DNA of 64,000 nucleotides from Larinioides sclopetarius (Eukaryota): the NCBI GenBank assembly GCA_964023285.1, contig CAXIEN010000093.1:2311739-2375738 (forward strand), in the 5' to 3' direction. Both the position numbers and the translations under genes were made by a program. The notes beneath the pieces are model-generated. The model worked only from the letters and a program-made list of their open reading frames with translations, ran no database searches and had not been told where the DNA came from. How positions within the stretch are numbered: position 1 is the first letter of the stretch; each line of letters begins with the position of its first letter. Positions 53,505 to 64,000 of this stretch are shown piece by piece.

Positions 53505-55840
53505 TAGAATAATGGATCCATGCTGAAAAAGTACAGGGTGGTTATAATTAAAGTCACCCTATTCAAGCCTCTCTAGAATCCGATCTGCTTGTCGGATTTG
53601 AATGAAACTTTATATATACGTTATATGGATTATGGTAAAAATAGTTCAAATTTTGACCACCAGGGGGAATTGTGACGCCTGAAGAAGGACAAAAAAAATC
53701 TGTCTGAATCATTAAAATTTATTCAATTTCAGAATGTGCTCTATAGATATCAATTATGTGTTGAAAGTGCATTATAGTGTGTTCAATGGTAGCGCAAAGA
53801 CACTCTCAATTTCAGCAACATGGCGTGTAATGCTGGCTTTCAACTCGGGTAAAGTCCCAATTCCTTCTCCATAAACCCGATCTTTTAGAAAACCTCACAA
53901 CCAGAAATCACAGGGATTTAAGTTGAGTGAACGAAAAGGCCAGGCATCTGGAAAAGCTCTGGATATTACACAATTATCACTAACTAAAGTTAGCAAGAAG
54001 CAGTTCTTTGATTTGGCGCCCATTGTCAGGAGTTGCTCCATCTTGCATGAAGACATTGTTCTGCAAACATTGCCATTCCTGTAAAGCAGGTATGACTTGC
54101 TATCTGTTGCATATCACACCCACATTTTTGAATTCCTCGTCAATTATTTTCTTGTTTTGTTTAAATATATTTCTTATCTTGACTTGAGTTTTCCAGCAAT
54201 TCTGCATCGAATTGGAAACGGATGAGCATTTGAACCCGGTAATCTTTACCTTTTACAAAATCTGACTTAGCTCGCTGACGTTGACAGCTCTCTCTGATTT
54301 GCCAATGATGATTCCTGTGGATTGTGACGTTTCACAAATGGATGCTATATAATCTTCAGATCTCCACTCACGCTATATTAGACCGAGAAATGACTGCTGT
54401 GTGATTATAGGCTGATAAAAATGGTTGGTGAAGCAGCAAGTTGCTGCCGAATGATTTTCTTTTCAACATTTCATCTTGCATTTGTTTTCCAGTTGTATTT
54501 TTCTAGTAGACCGTTTCATTCCTTAAAGTTTAAAGATTGTACTATTTGATTTTCTCAGTAACCTGCCTCGTAGGTAATATTTTTTCCTCTGGAATAAATG
54601 TTATGAAATTCTTGCATATTTTAAGGTGTTTAATTTTTTTCTATTGCTTGTTTTTTCTATGAAATAAATAGATTGTTTTTATTACCTGACTGTTTATTTC
54701 CTCTGCATTGCACACACCTTAATGTTAGTTTTTTCTAGATTAAAATTTGTTAAATTATAATTAAAACTTTCGGTTGAGCAATTCAGTAACGCTCCATTGC
54801 GTGTTAAACTTTTGGTAGTTTGTCTTAAATGCAGGTTTTTAGCAATAACTCGCTATAACCTGACACTGTCTAAAGATTTCACTGTACCATTCACTCATGA
54901 CAGAGCATCTTTTAGGATCTTGAGGAGTGAGAGTTACAAGAAAAATGGTCCAAGGATAAAATCAGCATTAAATCCACGTAATCAGAATGCAGTGGTTATT
55001 GGTGCAGGTTATTAGGAGGTGAGGCACCCATAAGCGGCAATTTTGGCTATTCGCAGCTCCATCTAAAGAGAAGTCCACATCATTTGAGCATTAAATTTTC
55101 CACGCCCACATGTCATCAAAAGCCATTTTTTCCAAAAATTGAGGAGCAAATTCATAGTGTGTTTGGTGGTCTTCAGGTTGTAGCATTTGCACCAAGTGAA
55201 TCTTTATATAGATATAGATACCATTTTTTAATGGACTGCAAAATTTTTTGTACTATCAACCAACGAATCGCCAACTCAATTAACACCGATGGACCACTTG
55301 CTGAAGAATAGCAGTAACTGAAGGCCCTTTGAAACACAGCAGTAACAACTTCTTTGGCAGTTTCATTCGCAACAGGTTACCGCCCTCTTCCTGGCAGCAC
55401 ATTAGAATCTACAGTCTCTTCAAATTTCATTATCATCTTCTTCAAACCAATCTTCGGCATGGGCCCTTTTTGCAATCCCTTCGAATGACAATATTCACAC
55501 AGTGCAGCTAAGTTATTGCTGCCGTTCTGATAAAACAGTTTTACCAGTAAAGCTCAATCTTTCTTTTGTAAGGGCATGGTTAACGATAACAAAGACATGC
55601 AGAAGGATTTTCTGGCTCTGAATGCAAGTCTCTTTATAGGTTCGACTAATTTTCATAAGGAATTCTGGAAAATTGCCCCTTGTGGTCAAAATGTAACTAT
55701 TTTTATTGCAAAACTCTTTTCCCTATGATCCATATAACGTATATACTAAGTTTCATCAAAATCCGAGAAGCAGAATAGGTTCTAGAGAGGTCTGAATAGG
55801 GTCACTAATTATAACCACTTGTACTTTTGTTTTTAGTATG
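53505..55840 (-). mobile_element. Tc1/mariner-superfamily element (about 2.3 kb) with long (about 190-bp) terminal inverted repeats. Carries a degenerate transposase on the minus strand and directly abuts MITE family-M copy 3.
   Basis: 53520-53700 (gtacagggtggttataattaaagtcaccctattcaagcctctctagaatccgatctgcttgtcggatttgaatgaaac...) is the reverse complement of 55670-55838 at roughly 85% identity. Confidence 0.75.
53890..54080 (-). pseudogene. Transposase remnant of the long-TIR element
   Basis: The minus-strand translation gives two motifs in different frames, which implies a frameshift. QVIPALQEWQCLQNNVFMQDGATPDNGRQIKELLLANF matches the FQQDGAPPH.. motif of mariner-like transposases. AFPDAWPFRSLNLNPCDFWLW matches FPDRWIGR...WPPRSPDLTPLDFFLWG. 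Confidence 0.6.
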
Positions 55841-56863
55841 CAGTACAACGCCGATAATCGGGAACGCGACAATTCCGAATTATCTGATTTTCTGAATTTT
55901 TTGGTTATTGACTTAATTTTACTAAGAAAATGCATTTAGCTGTTGAATAATCGATAAATTACATAAAATATGTATTGCTATTTTAAAGCATTTATTATTT
56001 TTTTCCTGACAATTTTATTATTCACAGAAGAAGTAAAAAATAGAGTAAAAATAAACGTATTCCGATTGCCGGCCGAAATTGGAACATAAATCTTGAATGA
56101 GAGAGGTGTGGGATTTTTAATAACCATGGCCATTATCCCCTAGTCCCATGTTAGGCACAATAAAGTTCGTTCTAAAAAAAGAATTCCTTAAAATTGATTA
56201 TAAAAAGCACCAAGGAGAACGAGAACAAAGTAAGCGTTCGAATCTGCTGGACTGACAATGAAAATAAAAAGCAACAAACCAGGCTTTTGGAACGCTGGTT
56301 GCCAAAAGGATGCATTTAAGAAATATCAAAATACTTGAGGGCTTGAATGAAAGGTGATCAGATGTTTCTTATTGTTTAAGACAAGATAAAAGGGTAGGTA
56401 GTAATGTTGGGAATAATTATATTTAATTTGGACCACACACAGAGAATATTTCTGAAGGATATGTAATGCTCGGGTTCCCTTCAAGCGGCCACTGCTTGAA
56501 GGATGCCCAAGAAAAGTAGTTATGGGTAGTTTTGGAATTTAAAAGTAGAAAATTATTAGAACTTCAAAAATAAGTACTTATTTTACATAAATCGTGACTT
56601 TTGAGTATGTATAAAATATATTTATTTTGTAACCAAAGCGAATGAATACGGCCGGAACATAAAATATTGGGAAAACGTTCCTCAAGATTAGATTTCTGCC
56701 GCCGGCGTCTATGATTCGTTCCTCGCAGCCCTTTATCCACTGCCAACTTGAGATGGTAAATTTTTTAGAAGAAAAAAAATGTAGACGAAATAAAATTTTG
56801 GTTAAATTTTTAATGGCTAAAAATGTCCGGTTTTTTGAAGTCCGAATTATCGGCGTCATACTG
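55841..56863. mobile_element. Non-autonomous Tc1/mariner-type element, family M copy 3 (1023 bp)
   Basis: Termini CAGTACAACGCCGATAATCGGGAAC ... GTCCGAATTATCGGCGTCATACTG. Reverse complement of the right end is CAGTATGACGCCGATAATTCGGAC, giving an about 22-bp TIR. Confidence 0.85.
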
Positions 56864-57456
56864 TATTTAACCCTTTCTGACACGGGCCATAAAGTTCTTT
56901 GAAATATGATACAAAAACATGGATGTGTTTAGTTTATTGCCTTGACATAAATTCTACAATTTTTTTTTCGTTTTATTTTTTCTGGGGGGACGTTTCTTTT
57001 GAGGATGCTTCCCTCTTTTAAAACTCCTCTTTGATACAGTCACCTTGAGAAACTCACAAAAGTATTGTTGAAACTTGAAAATTGAAATTTCAAGAAATTT
57101 GGACAAATTTTTTGAGTAATTTTGATAAAATTGAAAACTTCCAAGGCTCACATTAAATTTCCTATTTCAAATTTTCCCACTTTTCAACAATATTCTGTGA
57201 ATAGGCATATTTTTTAGAAAATTTTAAAGTCGTTGTCCTTTTTTGTAACCACCGCGCAAAAAAGGGTTAATTCTTTTCAGGTAAATATAATTTTTGGAAA
57301 TGAAATTGTTTTGGATTAGCTAGGTTTCATACTGTAATTTTTATCAGAATATGATTGGAATATATGAAGTATTTTAAATTGCAGAGTAACTTTATTTTAA
57401 ATAACTTCTGAATAAATGTGGATGTTATTAGTTTTATTATTTTTGAACTTTTAGCT

Positions 57457-57507
57457 AAGAACAGGAACGATGCTTTCCTTTTTGGAGCTGCTTCTGCTCG
57501 TCATGGT
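57457..57507 (+). CDS. FG-repeat gene exon: (A)KNRNDAFLFGAASARH
   Basis: Acceptor gaacttttag|, donor CATG|GTAGGT. Single open frame, phase 1. Confidence 0.7.
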
Positions 57508-57600
57508 AGGTATAATATGGTTCTTAATACTGTAATTAATGTTCTTATCAGTCTGAAATTTTTCACTGAGATGAGAATTCAACAATTTGTTTCAATTTAG

Positions 57601-57717
57601 CTCCTCTGAAATTTCAACGATTTGGTGCTGCTCCTAGAGCATTTGGTGCTGCTTCTCAAGCATTTGGTGCTGCTTCTCAAGCATTTGGTGGGTTGCAGTC
57701 AGCGACAATACGTCCAG
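57601..57717 (+). CDS. FG-repeat gene exon: (A)PLKFQRFGAAPRAFGAASQAFGAASQAFGGLQSATIRP
   Basis: Acceptor caatttag|, donor CCAG|GTAAGT. Single open frame. Contains a 21-nt codon repeat gcatttggtgctgcttctcaa x2. Confidence 0.8.
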
Positions 57718-58921
57718 GTAAGTGTTGTATTCATTATAGTTTCTTTTAATAGGATGATAGTTGTAAAAACCCTATCTAGATTTCGAAATTGCATTGGAGG
57801 TCTTCTTTTTAAAAAATTATAGCTTCTATTTTTTAAAGTATAGCTCCAAATAGATTGTAGTAAAAACTGTGAGAAATGTACTCACAGAATTTATGCTCTT
57901 TGTAAACAGGAAGCTGTCGTTTGAGATGACTATACAAATTGCTAGTTCGGCTGTTTTAATGAAAAGTGAGAAAACTAATGGTAGTAAAAGTAATAAAATG
58001 TAGTAAATTAAAGTATAAGTGCTTTTATTTTTGGAATTAAATGGCCTGAAATAAATTATCACTTGTATCCACTTTTTTTAATTTACTTAATGAAATTCTA
58101 CAAAAAGTGTGAAAATGTTTTTGTCATTTTTATCCATTTGATTTTTTTGGAAATACCAGTTATTTATATTTCATAGTTGAAGTAATTTCTCTTTTTATTG
58201 ATAATGATGTACAAGAACACTTGTGTGTTCAATTGATTGTTGTTATTATTATCTTTTTAAAATATTTTCTTAGGATGATTTCTTTTAGAAAAATTTGAGT
58301 ATTATTTAATTTCACAAAATCCTGTTTAAAATATCTACAACTGTCTTGGTTCTCCTAATTCACTATATCTGATTGAGAGGATTTTCAATTCTTTTATAAG
58401 ATTTGAAATAAAATTATATTTATTTAGAATTATTGTTCTAATTTTATTACAAAAATATTGTTCTCATAAATGATAATAATGATATCTGAGGGTATATTCA
58501 ATTCAGCTTAGTGGAATAATTATTTTCTAGATTTAAATAGTTACTTTTGCTTTAAAGCTTGATTATGAAATATTTAAATGTTGATCCATTTTTATATTAT
58601 ATTGTTGCTTTATTTTCGATTTTTAAGAATTGAGATACAGTAGAATTGAATTGAGTGTCTATTATCCAAACACCCTTTCTCTGCTGCCAGTCTTAAGCCT
58701 GGATAAAGTATGAAAGAAATTTTTGCACACTGAATTTTTAAAAATCTACTTATTAATGTCTAAATTTGTTTAAAAGACATTAATTTGCTGCAGTGAAAGA
58801 TATTACACATAAAAAATATATATTTCAACTGTTAGAGAGTATAGTATTAAGTATTTTCCACCTTATGTATATATATGAATTTGTTGTAAGGTCTGTTTTT
58901 TTTTGTATATTTCCCTAAAAG

Positions 58922-59076
58922 CAGCCACATTTGTGCCTGATTTATCCAATATGCCTGCATACAGTTTTGCATCTACAGAAGAATTTAAAGCTCAAACATT
59001 TGAATCATTTAGTTTTGTAGACACTCAAGCAAGTTTACTTCAACTTGAGAGGGTCCACTGCATTAAGAGTAAAAAG
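58922..59076 (+). CDS. FG-repeat gene exon: (A)ATFVPDLSNMPAYSFASTEEFKAQTFESFSFVDTQASLLQLERVHCIKSKK
   Basis: Acceptor ttccctaaaag|, donor AAAAAG|GTAAGT. Phase 1 in and 0 out. Non-repetitive, globular-looking sequence. Confidence 0.8.
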
Positions 59077-59801
59077 GTAAGTGGTTTTCAGCTAAGTATT
59101 TTGCAGTTTACATCATACAATCGTTATTTAAGAATTAACTAACTTTAGCTATATTAGTGCTGTCTAGAGTTAAGTTTTCTGGTAATTACTGACCTTTTGG
59201 AAACTTTATTTTACTTGATTTCTTTTATGTTTGTAAGAATAGAATTTTTTGTCCATTTTTCATTTGCGTGATAATACAGTATTTAAATTTTTCCAGATCT
59301 TAATACTCGGTTTATTACTTATTTATTCATGTTTTGATTCCATTTGTGTGTCAGAACCGGAATGAATTTCTATGGATAATGATTATAAGATTTCTTTATA
59401 TTTATTATTTTGAGTTAGATTCCTAAACACACACACCAAAATAATAATTTTTACAAATTCTATTTTTTAGTTTGTTATTATAAGTGTGTTTCAAGAATTA
59501 TTTGTAATAATTATTTTACTTGCTTTCAAAATAGATGTTTGAGAAATCTTGGTAATCACATTTTCCCCAAATTATTTCTATTTTAAAATAGTTATTGATG
59601 CAGATATGTAGAAAAATATGTAGTCAGATGTTTTAAGTTAGTTAACTAAATTGAATTTCAAATTTTTAAAAGTTGTGATAGGGGAAAAAATGATCTTTAG
59701 CCTATAAATTAAAAGGCGAATTGTGCAATATTTGTAAATTTAAGATAATTAAATTTTTATATCTTTTAAAAAATTACAACTTTTTTATAATTTTATTTTA
59801 G

Positions 59802-59936
59802 ATGCAGTTTTTGAATATAACAAGTATGGCATTAATTTATAACTCTAACATGAAAAATGTTGAGGATGTTTATCGAGTAACTGTTCAGAAATATGCAGAT
59901 GAAGTAAAGACTTTTGATCCAGAATTCATTTTAAAG
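59802..59936 (+). CDS. FG-repeat gene exon: MQFLNITSMALIYNSNMKNVEDVYRVTVQKYADEVKTFDPEFILK
   Basis: Acceptor ttttattttag|, donor TTAAAG|GTATGG. 45 codons, phase 0 in and out. Confidence 0.75.
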
Positions 59937-60568
59937 GTATGGATATAAACATACATCTTTTTGTATACATTACATATTTGTGTAATGCATTTCTAGTACT
60001 TTTTAAAATTGTAGTTCTAAATAATGATTCATATTTTGACTTGAATTACTTAAAAACATGCAGAAATTTTTATATATTTGTGATGTTAACTTTTCTTCCC
60101 AATTATTTGGAGTCCAAATATTAAAGAGAATGATATTTCCTTTAATTTCAATTATTTTATATAAAAAAGTCTTTTTTTAATTAATATGTTCTTATAATGT
60201 TAAAACTTCTTTAAGTATTATATAATGCATTCATGACACGATGCAGCTTTGAGAAGCATATTTTTAGACATATTAACAATTTTTATGGTCTACATAAAGG
60301 CAATGGTTTGTAAATATTAGTCAGCAAATGAACGTTTAAATTGAAAATAGAAGCACTCTAAATATTGAAAACTTGCCAAAAGAAAACATTACTTGTTATT
60401 CTTACAAAAAAAAACTTACAATTGATAAAACATCAAAATATTATAGCTATTTGTAATGAGTGGCACACAAAATAATATAAAAGCTTATAATTTGCTACTT
60501 ATAACCATTTCTTCTGAATTGATAAAATTTATAAATGAAACAGTTTTTTTTCTTTATAAAATCAAATA

Positions 60569-61996
60569 CAGTGAAACCTCTCATAGGAGACCACCCATTA
60601 GACCATAAAAATGCAGTCTTTAAGAGAGATGGTCTCTGAATAGAAGTAATAGGTAATGCAAAGTTTCATGAAATACACACTACAAAGAAAATTATTATTG
60701 AATTAGTTTATTATATTCTATGTCTATACAGCTTTAAAGAGGGAACTGATTGTAGTTTGCTTTGATTTTAACAATTTATCATTAACAATTTTTGTTTCTA
60801 AACATTCTTTGATATCTGAACAAATTATTTATTTTAGTATCCCCTCTAACAGATATTGAGCTTCCTTTTGATATATTAATTTCAGCAAGTGTTTCTTGAC
60901 ATGAAATAGAAACTTTAATTGACGGAAGCTCATCGTCTGAATTAGAATGAGCTCCTAAAAAAAGATTTAAAAAACCTTAATAGTATTATCATTCATTTTA
61001 ATAAATGATTGTAAAATTTATTTTTTAATATAAAATTTTTACCATTAGCCTTACCATTGTCGAGTATAATATGATTCTCCTAGTCTTCAGATAAGTCATC
61101 GTAACACTCAAGAGCTTCCCCATATCCATAAGATTTTGAATCATAATCAACTTCAGCTGCATTTGATAGCTGAATCACTTCATTTTCTAAGGCACTGATA
61201 TCACCAATGGATTTTTCTATGGATACAATTGCTTAGTCTACAAGTTCTGAAGCAATTGACAATTGTTTCTGTCTTTACGTTATCCCATGGACCTTTTATC
61301 CATCGAATAGCATCAAGTACATTGATGAATTTCACAATGTCAGATACATTTTTATTCTTATCTATTACCGAAATGAGCTTTCGTAAAACAAAACGTCTGT
61401 ATTCCAGCTTGAAACGATGTATAATTCCCTGATCGAACGGTTGAATTTTGGATGTCATGTCGTAGGAGCAAGAAATTGAAGTTTTACACTTTTCAGCTGT
61501 GTATCATACAAGTGACATGGAGAATTATCCAAAGAAAGGATATTTTTACCCTGTCAGGTCATATTTTTGTCATAGTCATGTCACCAATTTTAATATGGAG
61601 ATAAATTGGAATCTAGACTAACCCACCCCACCCACCCTGTCGAAAAAGACTCCCTCACTTTGAAGGCGTCTGTTAGTGGGCCAATTCCAGGAAAAAGGGA
61701 CTACAGTCCTTCTCCTTTCTTTCATAATCATAATGACATTAAACACTGTAATGCACAACAACCAGCTATATCCACCTAAGCAAGTTAGTGGGAGAGATGA
61801 CCTTTTGAATTTCGATATTTCTCTATGCAAAGAAAAGTAATCCCATACTTCGGTTTTAAAATGGTCTTTCAGGGAAGGAGACTGAAAATATGGTCCTTTA
61901 ATGGAGGAAAATTAACATTGAGCCTATAGCCAAAAATTATAGACCAGAAATAAATAGGTCTGTATGAGAGGTGGTCTTTCAGGGAGGTTTCACTGT
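60569..61996 (-). mobile_element. pogo/Tigger-like miniature element (1428 bp) with CAGTGAAACCTC... terminal inverted repeats and flanking TA dinucleotides
   Basis: Left ta|CAGTGAAACCTCTCATAGGAGACCACC (60569-). Right GGTGGTCTTTCAGGGAGGTTTCACTG|ta (-61996). The internal minus-strand ORF has pogo DDE_1 motifs. Confidence 0.7.
61201..61560 (-). pseudogene. pogo/Tigger (DDE_1, CENP-B-like) transposase remnant with a frameshift
   Basis: Minus-strand translation gives GKNILSLDNSPCHLYDTQLKSVKLQFLAPTT, then after a 1-nt frame change (M)TSKIQPFDQGIIHRFKLEYRR...TIVNCF. Compare the Tigger consensus ILLLDN...H......I.L.FLPPNTTS.LQPLDQGVI..FK..Y. Confidence 0.7.
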
Positions 61997-63741
61997 ATTT
62001 TACACCATTATTTAGAATGCTGGAATATACTCAGCTAAAGGAGAAGCTGAACCAGTTAAGACAAATATTCAATGAATATTGATATAGCTTTAAAAATCAG
62101 AAGTGAAGTTGTAATCTAAAATATATAAATAAGAGCATTCTTTTTTGTGAGGATGAATTTAATACCTAAAAAATTATGTCAGTTTTAGTTTATTTTGAAG
62201 ATTGAGATACTCCAACAAAATACTGTTTTACTCCTGTAATGTCACCTCCTAGTAATGTGGGTTTTAGGTTGGAAAGAGATATTTATAGAAGTTTTTATTG
62301 GATGCCGGAGAATTAGTAGACAATGGCCCTAGAGGACCATGACCATTTTGGTGACAAATTGAAGGTTCTTAAAAATAGAAATTTCGTTCATTTTCTATTA
62401 AGAACAGATTTGTTGAAAATGCTTTTGATGATTCTATATGACATCTCATTCTGTCAAAAAAGGTATAAAAATCCCAAGGTACTGAGATCTTTCAATGCTT
62501 TTGGAGTGCAAACATGTTTTGATATCTTTCATATCTCTCTTTGAAGTTTTGTCTGTATTGTGAGCTGGTTAGCTGATAGATGCTAAGTGTTTTTAAAAGT
62601 ACTTTTACTATTATTAGCAGTGGTTGGCTGTCCTATGTCACTAATTTGTGTTAGTGCTATTTTTCTGTTTCATGTGATTCACATTTTCTGGAATATTTGT
62701 AAATAAAGTGTAAATCTCCTTTACCCTCCTTCTTCAGCTGTTTTCACCCTGCACTCAGACGATTTTCTTAACAATATTTACCATCTGTTTAAATGAAGTA
62801 TCAGGGTTCATACTACTCCTGAAATTTTTAAAAAACTCCTGAATTTTGCCTTTATTTTCTAAGGGCCCTGAAAACTCCCGAAAATTGTGTTTTCTCTCCT
62901 GATATTTCTTTTTGAGTCCTGAAAAGTTACAATCAAAGAGCAAAAAATGACAAAACATTAAAATATAGTGTTTCTCTTTTTTTTCTCTCTTTCTTATTGA
63001 CAGAAAGACTTCTGTTTCTTTGCTTTCATATACAATAATTATGCTGTAGGAAAGTGCTTATTTATTGATGATTAAAAGGATATAAAGGTTGGCTGCTAAA
63101 TGTCGCAGAATTCCAATACAAAGCATGTTCAGCATGTAATCGAATCTTTGATGTATCTTATTTTAGATGAAACAACTTTACAATATCATAATTGTTGTAC
63201 AAAGCATCAAAAGTCTTTGAGAAATAATGAAAAGAAGAATAAATTATAAAACTTTTTTCTGCTCAACACAGCATTCAAAATTTTCCTCTAGCCAATTAAG
63301 TACTTCAAATCAATCTCTAAGTGATATGCCTATTTCCACAAACTTACTTCATGAATCTATGAATGTTAAACTGTCTCGGTGGAAAAGCTGAAATTTTATG
63401 GGCTTTAAGTTTGCATTATTCATACAGATCGTATGAAACTGTAAATTATATTTTTAAGACAATATGTTTTCAGATAGTGAGGTGGCCCAAAACTGTTGAG
63501 AAAAATGTTGCCCATATATTGATTTTTATCATAGGGCCTTATTCTTTATCTTAACTGAAGGATAGACTGAAAAGCAAAAAAAAGCACTGTTCTTTGATGA
63601 AATAAACTGGATTGCTACACAATACTTGGGCCCATGATAAAATACACGTGTCCAGAAAATGGTTAATAATTTTTTCAAAAAATGGAAGGCGATAAGGTTG
63701 CATTTTCTTCTGTTTCAAAATTAATTACAAAATTTGTCAAC

Positions 63742-63798
63742 AGATGGTACAGGCGATTGGGAAAACTATTAAAAAGTTACGAAGTTTGTTACCACAAA
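63742..63798 (+). CDS. Possible further exon of the same gene: MVQAIGKTIKKLRSLLPQK (phase 0/0). Weak donor (AAG|GTTCTG).
   Basis: Acceptor tttgtcaacag|. 19 codons open and phase-compatible with 59802-59936. Confidence 0.2.
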
Positions 63799-64000
63799 AG
63801 GTTCTGCTTTGCCTTAATATATCAAGCAGAATAAAAGTGAATGCACATATGATTGTAGGAAAAAAAATACTTGATATATCCAAAATTCATATTTAGTGTA
63901 CTTTTTTGCCAATTTTATAATTGTCCATACTAGCTCTTTCCTTTTTAGGATTGATTTTTTTTTCATTCACATTATCTCCTGAATTTTACTATCAAATATA

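Noticed and set aside
56225-56260. tRNA-like T-loop motif gcgttcgaatc
   Set aside because: No acceptor or D-arm pairing can be built around it. It lies inside MITE copy 3.
1-64000. Prokaryotic defence island or novel operon-encoded system
   Set aside because: There is no dense co-directional ORF packing, no Shine-Dalgarno-type spacing, and the longest uninterrupted non-repeat ORF is about 180 aa (inside a transposon). Introns with GT-AG boundaries and eukaryotic transposons dominate. The novelty here is in repeat biology and one unassigned gene, not in a microbial system.

Overview
This window is eukaryotic nuclear DNA, not a prokaryotic locus. It is AT-rich and repeat-dense, with no operon-like gene packing, and candidate exons carry GT-AG splice sites. 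The transposon content (Tc1-like, pogo-like, hAT-like, MITEs, a foldback element) points to an arthropod-type genome. I cannot name the species.

I could support the following from the sequence:
- A 375-bp satellite in 5 tandem copies (1903-3782).
- A Tc1-like DD34E element (26402-27905) with perfect 29-bp terminal inverted repeats. Its transposase reads in a single frame interrupted by two nonsense codons.
- A roughly 1-kb non-autonomous Tc1/mariner-type element family in three copies (about 15.5, 34.6 and 55.8 kb). One copy carries a nested 362-bp MITE, and the two other copies provide empty-site evidence for that insertion.
- A long-TIR Tc1/mariner-like element (about 53.5-55.84 kb) and a 1.43-kb pogo-like miniature element (60569-61996), each retaining a degenerate transposase remnant.
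- Two less certain transposase remnants: hAT-like at 39.9-40.2 kb and mariner-like at 11.6-12.0 kb.
- A foldback element (9.44-10.5 kb) and a direct-repeat-flanked composite repeat (4.32-5.78 kb) with a second copy of its interior at 49.8-50.6 kb.
- One well-supported multi-exon protein-coding gene on the + strand (about 39.1-59.9 kb, possibly continuing to 63.8 kb).
- A speculative small two-exon gene (25.7 and 33.4 kb).

The multi-exon gene rests on eight or more exons with canonical splice sites, each with a single open reading frame and consistent phase across every junction. It encodes an acidic, DF-motif-rich N-terminus, an AFGAASQAFG repeat block, and then a non-repetitive domain. Its introns are packed with the transposons listed above. 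I cannot assign its product with confidence.

I found no tRNA, rRNA, CRISPR array or prokaryotic defence system. Coordinates of fuzzy repeat boundaries are approximate to within about 10 bp.
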